A stretch of 64,000 nucleotides of DNA from assembly GCA_963741955.1 (NCBI GenBank), contig CAVUKB010000007.1, positions 160,001 to 224,000 on the forward strand, read 5' to 3'. The translations under genes and the position numbers were made by a program. This document shows positions 40,201 to 48,658 of the stretch, piece by piece; position 1 is the first letter of the stretch; each line of letters begins with the position of its first letter. The notes under the pieces were generated by a model. That model saw only the letters and a program-made list of their open reading frames with translations, did not search any database and was not told the DNA's origin. Origin of the DNA: an uncultured Acidobacteriota bacterium (GTDB taxonomy: Bacteria > Acidobacteriota > Thermoanaerobaculia > Gp7-AA8).

Positions 40201-43200
40201 GCCGAACGTGGGGAACGACGTGACGTTCACCATCACGGTGACGAACGGCGGCCCGGATGCGGCGACGAACGTCGCGGTGAAGGATCTGTTGCCGGCGGGG
40301 CTGACGTTTGTGTCGGCAACGCCGTCGATGGGATCGTACGATTCGGGCAGCGGCATCTGGACTGTGGGGACGGTCGCCAACGCGACGAGCGCCACACTGC
40401 AAATGGTGGCGACAGTGACCACGGCGGGAGCGAAGATGAACACCGCCGAGGTGTCGGCTTCGGATCAGGCGGACCCTGATTCGACGCCGAACAACGGCAG
40501 CGCTGCGGAAGATGATCAGTCATCGGTGACCGTGACTCCGCAGATTGCGGATCTGTCGCTGACCAAGACGGTGGACAACGCGGCACCGAACGTCGGGAAC
40601 GACGTGACGTTCACCATCACGGTGACGAACGGCGGGGCAGACACGGCGACGAACGTGTCGGTGAAGGATCTGCTGCCGGCGGGACTGACGTTTGTCTCGT
40701 CGACGCCGTCGACGGGAACCTACAACGACGCGACCGGCATCTGGACGATCGGAACGATCGCGAATGCGACGAGCGCGTCGCTGCAGATCGTGGCGACGGT
40801 GGTCTCGCCTTCGGCGATCAGCAACACGGCGGAAGTCTGGACGTCGGATCAGTTCGACGGCGACTCGACCCCTGGGAACTCCGTCGCCGGCGAAGACGAT
40901 CAGCAGAGCGTGTCGTTGAACCCGAACTCGGCGGACCTGTCGGTCACGAACGTGGTCGACAACACGGCACCGAACGTGGGACAGAACGTCACGTTCACGG
41001 TGACACTGACGAACGGCGGACCGGACGACGCGACCAATGTCGCATTGAAGGGCCTGTTGCCGGCGGGGCTGACGTTTGTGTCGGCAACGCCGTCGCTCGG
41101 GACGTACGATTCAGGGACGGGCATCTGGACAGTCGGCACGGTGACGAACGGCGCGGCTCCAACGCTGCAGATTGTCGCGACGGTGACCACGAGCGGGACG
41201 AAGACGACGACGGCGGAAGTGGTGGCCGCGGACCAGGCGGACCCCGACTCGACTCCGAACAACGGAGTTGCGGCGGAAGACGATCAGGCGTCGGTGTCGG
41301 TGACCCCGCAGGTGGCGGATCTGTCGCTGACGAAGACGGTGGACAACGCGGCGCCGAACGTCGGGAACGACGTGACGTTCACCATCACGGTGACGAACGG
41401 CGGACCGGACGACGCGACGAACGTCGCGGTGAAGGATCTGCTGCCGGCGGGACTGACGTTCGTGTCGGCGACGCCATCGACCGGGTCGTACAACAGCGCG
41501 ACCGGCATCTGGACGGTCGGAACCGTCGCGAATGGCGCGGCTCCGACGCTGCAGATCGTGGCGACGATCGGCTCGGCGGGAGCGATCAGCAACACGGCGG
41601 AAGTCTGGACGTCGGATCAGTTCGACGGCGACTCCACGCCAGGCAACTCGCAGGTGGGCGAGGACGACCAGGCGACGGTGTCGCTCAATGCGCTCACCGC
41701 CGACCTGTCGCTGACGAAGACGGTCGACGACGCCTCGCCGAATTTCGGTCAGGACGTCGTCTTCACCGTCACTCTCGCCAATGCCGGCCCGGACGCCGCG
41801 ACGAACGTCGCGGTGAAGGATCTGCTGCCGGCGGGCCTGACGTTCGTCTCATCGACCCCGTCAGTCGGCTCGTACGACAATGTCACGGGAATCTGGACCG
41901 TCGCATCGCTCGCATCGGGAGGGAGCGCGACGCTCGCGATCCGCGCCACCGTCTCGGTCGGCGGGGCGATCACGAACACAGCGGAAGTCGTCGCGTCCGA
42001 TCAGCTCGATCCCGATTCGACGCCGAACAACGGGAACGCCGCCGAGGACGATCAGGCCAGCATTGCAGTCGCATCGGCGACAGCGGACCTCGAGCTCGTG
42101 AAGAGTATCGACAACGCTTCGCCCGCCATCGGCACGAACGTGACGTTCACCCTCACGCTCATGAATCATGGACCTGACGGTGCGACCGGTGTAGCGGCGA
42201 AGGATCTTCTCGCCGCCGGCCTCTCGTTCGTCAGCTCGTCCGCCTCGCAGGGAAGCTACGATTCCATGACCGGTATCTGGACGATCGGTGCGGTCGGAAA
42301 CGGCGGTACCGCGACGCTGCAGATCGTCGCGCAGGTGACGGCGGGAGGCTCGCAGTCGAACTCCGCAGAGGTCTACACCTCCGATCAGTTCGATCCGAAC
42401 TCGACCCCGAACAACGGCAACGGAAGCGAGAATGACGAGTCGGCGGTCACGTTCGGCGGGACGTCGGTGTTCGATCTCGCGGTGACGAAGAGCGCGTCTT
42501 CGGCAACCGTGGCGGCGGGAGCGACGGTGACGTTCACCATCACCGTCTCGAACGGCGGTCCATCCGCCGCGGGCGGCGTCACGGTTCAGGACGTTCTCCC
42601 GGCAGGTCTCTCCTTCGTTTCCGCGACGCCGTCGGCAGGATCGTGGGGCAGCGGAACGTGGAGCGTGGGAACGTTGAATGCCAGCCAGAGCGAGACCCTC
42701 TCTCTCGTCGCGCAGGTCGATGCGGGTCAGGAGGGGAACACGATCCAGAACTGCGCGACATCGACTCTCGCCGACTCGAATGCCGCGAACAACACCGCCT
42801 GTGCGTCGATCGCAGTTCCGGCGGTCGTGCCGCCCGGAACTGTGGACCTCGCGGTGACGAAGAGCGTCGACACGTCGACTGCTCCGGAGGGGTCAGTTGT
42901 CCACTTCACCGTCACGGTCACGAACACCAGTACGACCGATGCGACGAACGTCGCCATCGACGACGTCCTTCCGGCCGGACTCACGGTGGGCGGTTCGTCC
43001 GCGTCGGCCGGTGCGTGGAATCCCGCAACGGGCGTCTGGACCATCCCGGCGCTTCCCGCGGGGACGAACGCGGCGCTGCAGGTGATCGCTCAGGTGGAGA
43101 CGGGAACGGCGGGAACCTCGATTCAGAACTGCGCATCGCTCGCCGCAAGCACGCCCGCGGACGGCAACGCCGCGAACGACACGAGTTGCGTCTCCGTTGC

Positions 43201-43318
43201 CGTGCCGGCCGCGACGCACTCTGCGACTGGTGTCCCGACTCTCTCGCTGACCGGAGAGATTCTCGCGGCGTTACTCCTCGCACTCGCCGCGATCGTGGTG
43301 CAGAGGCGCAGCGCTTAG
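34244..43318 (+). CDS. Giant (3024 aa) DUF11-repeat surface protein with IPTL-CTERM-like anchor
   Basis: Signal peptide; many DL.LTKT..F.IT.TN.G....V.D.LPAGL..NTA domains; C-terminus VPTL + TM + RR. Confidence 0.92.
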   Translation: MKIDRQARRRLFVSTALLFLVSVPLVMADGFPPYWDNSTGAVHYAPIAWPADAQWVPYTSLATDIDDPRVNDPSNGGTSPQNYVNASSGCTDETLPSIYWFYDPVNKVIFFRWRVEQRANTYATGPSAGSFSASDPWNSAQWTVMFDVNGDGYRDFAVHLDGSSGGPGKEVDRLVSVWSDELTQSIDYYGDPDIHQLFHNPTAFVDKATSEILNFQNSVTPVASWPNGSAETVWDYGTTRATKIPAGCTEFFIDYQIPLAMLDATAVGGPKLTENTPFSFIFATANSLQNPFQKDVVVNGNFVCDITNPAPFGDSMTLTGGIVQQPTVLSVTASGCPANLTARVQDAILSNNCVGSSTVTNVDFFAYPDTNADGQPDDAGSWSLIASGTPSTTVVGLWSATWNSLTAEQGQYLIGVRATDNQGNSTFSYYTQAEVNADVGTTPPNYPNLTPTPGLLWATIYNSCGVPPPSASKAASPSTVTAGSTVTFTVTVTNPTSSAITLSSIDDALPSGFTYAATTGGSLTPTGSPAGGSSGTIQWTFSPSATIAAGSSGTLTFTAQAPATTGTYANTATASTSAGSLPTPPATVVVGAPRLSIAKSASANLVAPGATVTYTLTYSNDSPVNATGAEITDTLPAELTFVSSPTGSYDAPSRTITWNVGDLGAGEGPFTVQFTATVASPYPAASSIQLANTATIDSNETAPSSAISTILVDAPRPAFTIQKSASAPLVSPGSNATFTINYQNTGNSTATNVAITDAVPAGFTFVSATGGGTLAGSTVTWNLGSIAAGASGSVTVTVAASSPFTGTDPTVNTATLTSAETSPVSDSYTIGIIATTCSSNTTWNFHATTTDVGTGGTQKIANTTAPTAATASIAGPFTVGSASVEIARFYGDPVSTGVSVSGTATVSVYIDKSGSPQANVTAFLYDYDPAGGALVLLGSGTSAAITGNRTNQLNTISVPVSGALPTGHRFLFIISATTNHVSQTNDISLEFDGTSSPSSFVFCQLPLLPVLDKQVSALSAQAGDTLTYSIHFGNAGAGNLTGATVVDTLPAGVTFVSATLNGSGVSPTAISGQQYTFAVNTSDTATAGQLTSAQNGSLVITATVDSPLAPAVLSLVNNVSLTSTGPTRTDSTTTAVVRPNVTISKSASATQLEPGSTMSYTLTLLNSGSGSASNVTVTDALPTTAYFTYVSATPSSGSCSEAAGTVTCTIPALAAKATATVTINMQVAASGVPDGVTYLDNSATVSDAATAGTRGSNTVTVAIATYPVLEITKSASVPSPLGPGDQITYTIDLSNTGSGAATSVVVDDSIPTNTSYVPGSLTFDSASQTDIADGDSAWFDGTAVHFSVASLAGGAAHALTFKVTVDSPLPNGSTVIGNTATVSAANAAPKSASTSSTATAAESLSLSKSAPSVLADPLATVTSVTSPTVLDVDSTTNLGVNQVIAINGTAATITAISGTQLTLGSAVTAAAGDTLVPTFEYTIQYANSGDATAQNVTVTDPLPSGLLYVSSSPAPSAAPAIGANGTVSWNIGDVPPGSAAVLHIRVQPSATGSYTNTATLSSTTTPSVIATATTTVGSLEPSKEALIASVTNSGSGATTQYRITITNQLPTTVSGVTVTDTLSSGFTYASTDATGGTASRTSTSDPTAGSVQPVWGTWDIPGNGTLTIDFTANVDASVGAGTYQNDVSATAPGAPSLSFDFLGTTADDVTVSLNALTADLSLTKTVDNASPNVADNVTFTITLTNGGPDDATNVAVKDQLPAGLTFVSSTPSTGSYSNATGIWTVGTVANGAAPTLQVVAAVTTAGAKMNTAEVSASDQADPDSTPNNGSAAEDDQSSVTVTPQIADLSLTKTVDNAAPNVGNDVTFTITVTNGGPDAATNVAVKDLLPAGLTFASATPSMGSYSNATGIWTVGTIANGAAPTLQVVAAVTTAGAKMNTAEVSASDQADPDSTPNNGSAAEDDQSSVTVTPQIADLSLTKTVDNAAPNVGNDVTFTITVTNGGPDAATNVAVKDLLPAGLTFVSATPSMGSYDSGSGIWTVGTVANATSATLQMVATVTTAGAKMNTAEVSASDQADPDSTPNNGSAAEDDQSSVTVTPQIADLSLTKTVDNAAPNVGNDVTFTITVTNGGADTATNVSVKDLLPAGLTFVSSTPSTGTYNDATGIWTIGTIANATSASLQIVATVVSPSAISNTAEVWTSDQFDGDSTPGNSVAGEDDQQSVSLNPNSADLSVTNVVDNTAPNVGQNVTFTVTLTNGGPDDATNVALKGLLPAGLTFVSATPSLGTYDSGTGIWTVGTVTNGAAPTLQIVATVTTSGTKTTTAEVVAADQADPDSTPNNGVAAEDDQASVSVTPQVADLSLTKTVDNAAPNVGNDVTFTITVTNGGPDDATNVAVKDLLPAGLTFVSATPSTGSYNSATGIWTVGTVANGAAPTLQIVATIGSAGAISNTAEVWTSDQFDGDSTPGNSQVGEDDQATVSLNALTADLSLTKTVDDASPNFGQDVVFTVTLANAGPDAATNVAVKDLLPAGLTFVSSTPSVGSYDNVTGIWTVASLASGGSATLAIRATVSVGGAITNTAEVVASDQLDPDSTPNNGNAAEDDQASIAVASATADLELVKSIDNASPAIGTNVTFTLTLMNHGPDGATGVAAKDLLAAGLSFVSSSASQGSYDSMTGIWTIGAVGNGGTATLQIVAQVTAGGSQSNSAEVYTSDQFDPNSTPNNGNGSENDESAVTFGGTSVFDLAVTKSASSATVAAGATVTFTITVSNGGPSAAGGVTVQDVLPAGLSFVSATPSAGSWGSGTWSVGTLNASQSETLSLVAQVDAGQEGNTIQNCATSTLADSNAANNTACASIAVPAVVPPGTVDLAVTKSVDTSTAPEGSVVHFTVTVTNTSTTDATNVAIDDVLPAGLTVGGSSASAGAWNPATGVWTIPALPAGTNAALQVIAQVETGTAGTSIQNCASLAASTPADGNAANDTSCVSVAVPAATHSATGVPTLSLTGEILAALLLALAAIVVQRRSA
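39392..42460 (+). repeat. Intragenic ~384-nt (128-aa) tandem domain repeats
   Basis: 39617-39904 is identical to 40001-40288; a further near-identical copy starts near 40415. Confidence 0.9.
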
Positions 43319-43328
43319 CCCGGCCCCA

Positions 43329-43365
43329 GTGGGTCGCGCCTCAGTGGGTCGCGCCTCTGGCGCGA
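43329..43365 (+). repeat. REP-like element GTGGG-TCGCGCC-N3-GGCGCGA (family 3)
   Basis: Partial copy 43329-43342 plus full copy 43344-43365 just after a stop codon; second locus at 54395-54416. Confidence 0.7.
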
Positions 43366-43562
43366 GGCTCCCCGGCGTCCTCGCCGGGGAGCGCCGGGGA
43401 GCGCCGGGGAGCGATGAGTGCCTCGAAGCGCAGAGCTTCCGTCCGGCGAGAGTTGCGGTTCACGACTCGCGCAGGATTGCAGGATCATACGGCCATGCTC
43501 GACGCAGAGCGGCGCGGGACGCCACTCTGCATCGTTCGGGACGAACGACCCACCAGCACACC

Positions 43563-44033
43563 CTACCGCGCACGCTCCTCGCGCGACGCATCCTTCGTGA
43601 CACCGATGCGGTCCGTGATGTCGCGGGCGTTGCGAAGGTGGCTCTCCAGAATCGGGAGCGTCTTCTCGACGAAGTTCTTCAGGTCGCTGTCTTCGACGTT
43701 CTCTTTCTCCGTGCGGAACTCGTCGACGACCTTCCGGTGATCTTCCAGCATTGCGTCCATGTACTGACGGTCGAAGTTCCGGCCGTCGGCGTTCTGGAGC
43801 TTGTCTCGCACTTCCTGATGTTTTCGGTGGAGATCTTTCGGAAGCGAAACGCCCTTGTCCGAGGCGAGCTTCTCGAGCTCGGCATTGTTCCTGGTGTGGT
43901 CGTCGATCATCCGGCGCGCGAAATCCTTCACATCGGGATTCGACGCACGTTCGATCGCGAGATTCGACAGGATCACCTCGGCCTTGCCGGCCTCTCCTGC
44001 TTTCATCATGAAATCGCGGTCACGCTGATCCAT
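43563..44033 (-). CDS. DUF4142 (ferritin-like) protein
   Basis: D.DF..KA....EV....A...VKDFA.RMI.DH, FDRQY...DH, TLP.L..HL; RBS GGAGG. Confidence 0.9.
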   Translation of the reverse strand: MDQRDRDFMMKAGEAGKAEVILSNLAIERASNPDVKDFARRMIDDHTRNNAELEKLASDKGVSLPKDLHRKHQEVRDKLQNADGRNFDRQYMDAMLEDHRKVVDEFRTEKENVEDSDLKNFVEKTLPILESHLRNARDITDRIGVTKDASREERAR

Positions 44034-44130
44034 GTCATAGCCTCCGTGGTTTGATTTTGCCGTCACCCGGAGGAGCACGGTACGGCTGTGCGAAAGCTCT
44101 CTTTCCGGGGAATCCGGCAGTGTATGGAGT

Positions 44131-44146
44131 TGCCACAATCGCGCCA
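44131..44146 (-). promoter_or_regulatory. Possible sigma54 promoter for the DUF4142 gene
   Basis: Minus strand TGGCGCGATTGTGGCA has GG-N10-GC spacing, but the -12 element is imperfect. Confidence 0.3.
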
Positions 44147-44195
44147 GGGGGCGAGCGGCCTCGAACATGCAAAACAGCCCGGCGAGGTCATACGT

Positions 44196-45554
44196 TTGAA
44201 CTGGAAGACCCGTGTCAGAGCCTGGATCGAGAAGCTCCGCGCGAGCCTCTGGCTCATCCCGTCGCTCATGACCGCGGCCGCGGTCGCCAGCTCGTTCCTG
44301 GCCGTCGCCGCTGACCGTCACGTCGCGGAGAAGTTCGAGCACGTGCTCGGCCCTCTCTTCGCCGGCGGCCCCGAAGGGGCGCGATCGATTCTCTCCACCC
44401 TCGCAGGATCGATGATCACCGTGACCGGGGTGACCTTTTCGATCACCGTGGTGGCACTCTCACTCGCGTCGCAGCAGTTCGGTCCGCGTGTCCTGCGCAA
44501 CTTCATGGTCGACCGCGGCAACCAGGCCGTGCTGGGAACGTTCATCGCCACGTTCATTTACTCCCTTCTGGTGTTGCGGACGGTCCGCGGTTACAACGAC
44601 CACGACTTCGTTCCCTATCTCGCAGTCACCATCGGAGTCGGGCTCGCTCTGGTCAGTCTCGGTGTGTTGATCTTCTTCATCCATCACGTCTCCGCATCGA
44701 TCCAGGCCGACCGGGTCGTCGCAGCGATCGCGGCCGAGATGATCGATTCCATCGAGCGGCTCTTTCCCGAAGGTATCGGACACGCCCCGGAGGACGCCTC
44801 CGAGATCGAATCGCATCTGCCGGACGGCGAACCGGGCCGGGTCAAGTGCCGGAACAGCGGCTATATTCAGGTGCTCGACGAGGACTCGGTCCTCCATCTC
44901 GCCGAACGATGCGAGTGCCTCATTCAGCTGATTCACAGTCCCGGCGACTTCGTGTTCGAAGGGGTGACTCTCGCACGGGTCTGGCCCGCGGATCGGATGA
45001 ACGAAGGCTTCGAAGAACATGTGAACCGCGCCATCGTGTTGGGGCGGAGCCGGACGCCCGCCCAGGACGTCGAATTCGCGTTCGCACAGCTGGTCGAGCT
45101 CGCGGTTCGTTCTCTTTCTCCCGCCATCAACGATCCCTTCACCGCCTCATCGTGCATCAACCGGATCGGAGCAGGGATCGCCCGTCTCGCCACGCTGGAG
45201 TTCCCCTCGCCGTATCGGTACGGGGCGGATGGAAAGCCTCGCGTAATTGCGACCGCACCGAGTTTTGCAGAGATCTCGAGTGTCGCGTTCGATCAGATCC
45301 GTCACGAAGGAGGGCACAAGCCGAGCATCGCAATCTCTCTGCTGCAGGCGATCGCCTCGATTCTGCCGTTCGCCACCGAGCCGGAACGTCGCGACGTACT
45401 CTTCCACCACGCGAGAATGATCCGGCAGCACGCTGTACACTCGATCCCCGAGGCGGAGGATCGCTCGGTCGTCGACCGCGTCTTCAATCAGGTTCTCGAC
45501 GCGTATCATCATCGGGAGGTCGAGACGCGGATGAAGCAGGAGATTCTCCGCTGA
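44196..45554 (+). CDS. DUF2254 predicted membrane protein
   Basis: SLW.IP, FSITVVALSLASQQFGPR, RSLSPAINDPFTA; TTG start inferred after GAGGT. Confidence 0.9.
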   Translation: MNWKTRVRAWIEKLRASLWLIPSLMTAAAVASSFLAVAADRHVAEKFEHVLGPLFAGGPEGARSILSTLAGSMITVTGVTFSITVVALSLASQQFGPRVLRNFMVDRGNQAVLGTFIATFIYSLLVLRTVRGYNDHDFVPYLAVTIGVGLALVSLGVLIFFIHHVSASIQADRVVAAIAAEMIDSIERLFPEGIGHAPEDASEIESHLPDGEPGRVKCRNSGYIQVLDEDSVLHLAERCECLIQLIHSPGDFVFEGVTLARVWPADRMNEGFEEHVNRAIVLGRSRTPAQDVEFAFAQLVELAVRSLSPAINDPFTASSCINRIGAGIARLATLEFPSPYRYGADGKPRVIATAPSFAEISSVAFDQIRHEGGHKPSIAISLLQAIASILPFATEPERRDVLFHHARMIRQHAVHSIPEAEDRSVVDRVFNQVLDAYHHREVETRMKQEILR

Positions 45555-45611
45555 CTTCGTTCGTCTCCAGGTGTGAGCTCCCGCACCGAACGCGAAATGT
45601 GAGGTGATCCG

Positions 45612-46151
45612 GTGCAGCAGGTGCAGGTCGCGCTGATACGAGGAATCAACGTCGGAAAGGCGAAGCGCATCGCCATGGCGGAGCTCCGCGCCCTCTTCGA
45701 GTCGCTCGGATTCCGCGACGTACGGACTCTCCTGAACAGCGGGAACGTGGTGTACCGCTCCGGAGAGCCGGCATCGAAGGCTGCCGCCCGCATCGAAACG
45801 GCGCTCTCGGAGCGTATCGGCAGCCGGACTCGTGCGGTGATCCTCACCGCGCGGGAGCTCGGGACGGTGGTCTCGGAGAACTCCCTGGTGGAGATCGGGG
45901 CGAATCATTCCCGTCTCCTCGTCGCCGTCCCGTCGAAGAAGAGCCTGATCAAAGACCTGACCCCGCTTGCGGCGCGCGATTGGACTCCCGAAGCGATCGC
46001 CCTCGGCTCCCGCGCGGCCTATCTCTGGTGTCCCGGCGGCATCATCGACAGCAGCGTCGGCACGGCGATGAATCGCGCGCTCGGCGATGCAGTGACCGCC
46101 AGAAACTGGGCGACCATTCTGAAACTCCAGGCGCTCACCGAAGATCGATGA
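45612..46151 (+). CDS. DUF1697 protein
   Basis: ALIRGINVG, VRT.LNSGN, TARNWAT. Confidence 0.92.
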   Translation: MQQVQVALIRGINVGKAKRIAMAELRALFESLGFRDVRTLLNSGNVVYRSGEPASKAAARIETALSERIGSRTRAVILTARELGTVVSENSLVEIGANHSRLLVAVPSKKSLIKDLTPLAARDWTPEAIALGSRAAYLWCPGGIIDSSVGTAMNRALGDAVTARNWATILKLQALTEDR

Positions 46152-46249
46152 TCGGGTATCATTCTTCGCGACAATCCGATTGCGATGGAGGGCCTCCCGA
46201 TGAGCCGCTCCCCGCGCCGCTGACGCTCCGCGAAACCTGGTATCCGTCA

Positions 46250-46372
46250 GCGGCGAGCGACGAGCGGTGAGCGTGTGTTTCAGCCGTGGAGTGCGGATTC
46301 GCAATCCGCTGCGCTGATCGTGCCGAGGGCGCGAGTCCTGCCTCACCCGCATTCTCGGCAGAAGCGGAGCCG
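46250..46372 (-). repeat. Degenerate remnant of the family-1 element with heptamers
   Basis: Heptamer run, GGAGTGCGGATTCGC, and TCACCCGC...CGGCAGAAGCGGAGC shared with the 14.2-14.6 kb copies. Confidence 0.55.
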
Positions 46373-46479
46373 CTCCCCGCACCGCTCCCCGGCGGGCGAC
46401 GCGCCTGCCGCCTGGACGCGTTATGATGCTCCTCACCCGCGCCATCCCGGCGCGGAGAGAGGACCCCGGAGGAATGCAC

Positions 46480-48531
46480 ATGCGCTCTCGCTTCATCCTG
46501 GTCTCCCTGCTGGTCGCCGCGACGTCTGTCGGCGCCGCGATCGCAGCGACGACCCATCCTTTCAATGTCCACGATCTGGTGATGATGGACCGGATCTCAT
46601 CTCCCCAGATCTCCCCCGACGGAGCGAAGGTCGTCTTCGTCGTCCGGAAGACCGATCTCGCCGCGAACCGCGGACGCACCGATCTCTGGCTGATGAACTC
46701 GGATGGCTCGGGACTGACCCAGCTCACCACGAATCCGGCCGGCGATTCGAGCCCGGTCTGGGCACCCGACGGCCGCACGATCTACTTTCTCTCCACCCGC
46801 TCCGGCAGCTCGCAGATCTGGAAGATCGAATCGAACGGCGGCGAAGCACGCCAGGTGACGACGCTTCCGCTCGACGTCGCGAATCTCCTCGTCTCGCCGG
46901 ACGGATCGAAGCTCGCCTTCAGCATGGACGTCTTCCCCGGCACGTCGGTCGACGAGACCGCGAAGCGCCTGAAGGGAGAGGAAGAATCTCCTGCCACCGG
47001 ACGCATCTACGATTCGCTGATGGTCCGTCACTGGGATACCTGGGAAGACCATCGCCGCTCGCACGTCTTCGTCATGCCGGCGGCCGGAGGAGCTCCGGTC
47101 GACGTGATGAAGGCGATGGACGCTGATTCTCCCTCCCAGCCGTTCGGCGGCCCCGAGGAGATCACGTTCACTCCCGATTCGAAGTCGATCGTCTTCACCG
47201 CGAAGAACGTGGGGCGCGAAGAGGCGTGGTCGACGAACTACGACCTTTACGTCGTACCCGCCGACGCGAGCGCCGCACCGAAGAACCTCACCGACGCGAA
47301 CGACGCGTGGGATACCACTCCGGTGTTCTCCCCCGACGGAAAGACGCTTGCGTATCTCGCGATGGAGCGGCCGGGATTCGAAGCCGACCGCTACCGGATC
47401 CGTCTGATGTCGTGGCCCGCCGGAACGACGAAGACGCTGACCGAAGCGTGGGATCGATCACCCGACTCTTTTCTCTTCGACCCCGACGGGAAGACGATCT
47501 ACGCCACCGCAGAGAACCTCGGCAACCACTCGCTCTTCGCCATCGATGCAAAGACAGGCACCGCGCGTACCCTCGTGAGCCAGGGGACCGTGCACTCGCC
47601 CGGAGTCGCCGGGAACGGGAAGAACGAGCGGATCGTCTTCGGAATGGACAATCTCCGCTCGCCGGTGCAGCTCTACTCGGTGCGGACGGACGGCTCCGAC
47701 CAGAAACGGCTGACGGACTTCAACGCGGATCGTCTCGCATCGATCGCTTTCGGCGATCCGGAGCAGATGACCTTCAAGGGATGGAACGACGACACGGTGT
47801 ACGCGTGGGTGGTCAAGCCCGCCAACTTCGATCCGTCGAAGAAGTATCCGGTGGCGTTCCTCATCCACGGCGGACCGCAGGGGTCGTTCCAGAACGACTT
47901 TCACTACCGCTGGAACCCGCAGATCGAAGCGGGTGACGGCTACGCCGCAGTGATGGTCGACTTCCACGGATCGACCGGATACGGACAGGCGTTCACGGAT
48001 GCCATCAGTGGCCACTGGGGCGACCGGCCGCTCGAGGACCTGCAGAAGGGGCTCGCCGCGGCGATCGCGAAGTACCCCTGGATGGACGGCGATCGAGTGG
48101 CGGCACTCGGCGCGTCGTACGGCGGCTTCATGATCAACTGGATCGAAGGGGCGTGGCCGGACCGCTTCCGCGCACTGGTCAGTCACGACGGCGTCTTCGA
48201 CCAGCGGATGATGTACTACGCGACGGAAGAGCTCTGGTTCCCGGCGTGGGAGCAGGAAGGACTTCCGTGGGTCGTTCCGCAGAACTACGAGAAGTTCAAT
48301 CCGGTGAATCTGGTCGACAAGTGGAAGACGCCGATGCTGGTCGTACACAGCGCGAACGACTTCCGCATTCCGGAGTCCCAGGGATTGGGCGTCTTCACCG
48401 CGCTGCAGCGGCGCGGCATTCCGTCGAAGCTGCTCTACTTCCCCGACGAGAGCCACTTCGTGCTCAAGCCGGCAAACAGCATCCTCTGGCACGACACGGT
48501 GCTGGCGTGGATCGACAAGTGGACGAAGTAG
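46480..48531 (+). CDS. S9 family dipeptidyl/acylaminoacyl peptidase
   Basis: Signal peptide, PD40 propeller, IHGGPQ, GASYGG, DFRIP, DESH. Confidence 0.94.
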   Translation: MRSRFILVSLLVAATSVGAAIAATTHPFNVHDLVMMDRISSPQISPDGAKVVFVVRKTDLAANRGRTDLWLMNSDGSGLTQLTTNPAGDSSPVWAPDGRTIYFLSTRSGSSQIWKIESNGGEARQVTTLPLDVANLLVSPDGSKLAFSMDVFPGTSVDETAKRLKGEEESPATGRIYDSLMVRHWDTWEDHRRSHVFVMPAAGGAPVDVMKAMDADSPSQPFGGPEEITFTPDSKSIVFTAKNVGREEAWSTNYDLYVVPADASAAPKNLTDANDAWDTTPVFSPDGKTLAYLAMERPGFEADRYRIRLMSWPAGTTKTLTEAWDRSPDSFLFDPDGKTIYATAENLGNHSLFAIDAKTGTARTLVSQGTVHSPGVAGNGKNERIVFGMDNLRSPVQLYSVRTDGSDQKRLTDFNADRLASIAFGDPEQMTFKGWNDDTVYAWVVKPANFDPSKKYPVAFLIHGGPQGSFQNDFHYRWNPQIEAGDGYAAVMVDFHGSTGYGQAFTDAISGHWGDRPLEDLQKGLAAAIAKYPWMDGDRVAALGASYGGFMINWIEGAWPDRFRALVSHDGVFDQRMMYYATEELWFPAWEQEGLPWVVPQNYEKFNPVNLVDKWKTPMLVVHSANDFRIPESQGLGVFTALQRRGIPSKLLYFPDESHFVLKPANSILWHDTVLAWIDKWTK

Positions 48532-48658
48532 GTTGTGAGTTTTGAGTACGTCCGCACTCCTCGGCGGGATCGTGGTTCTCCCCGAGGAGTGCGGACTCGC
48601 AGTCCGCTGCGCAGCCCCTGGCGCGTGCGCGACCGCAGCCTGACCCGCCGCTTTGGCA

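Noticed and set aside
39392-42460. Diversity-generating retroelement template/variable repeat pair
   Set aside because: The repeats are in-frame tandem domains, differences are not adenine-specific, and no reverse transcriptase is present
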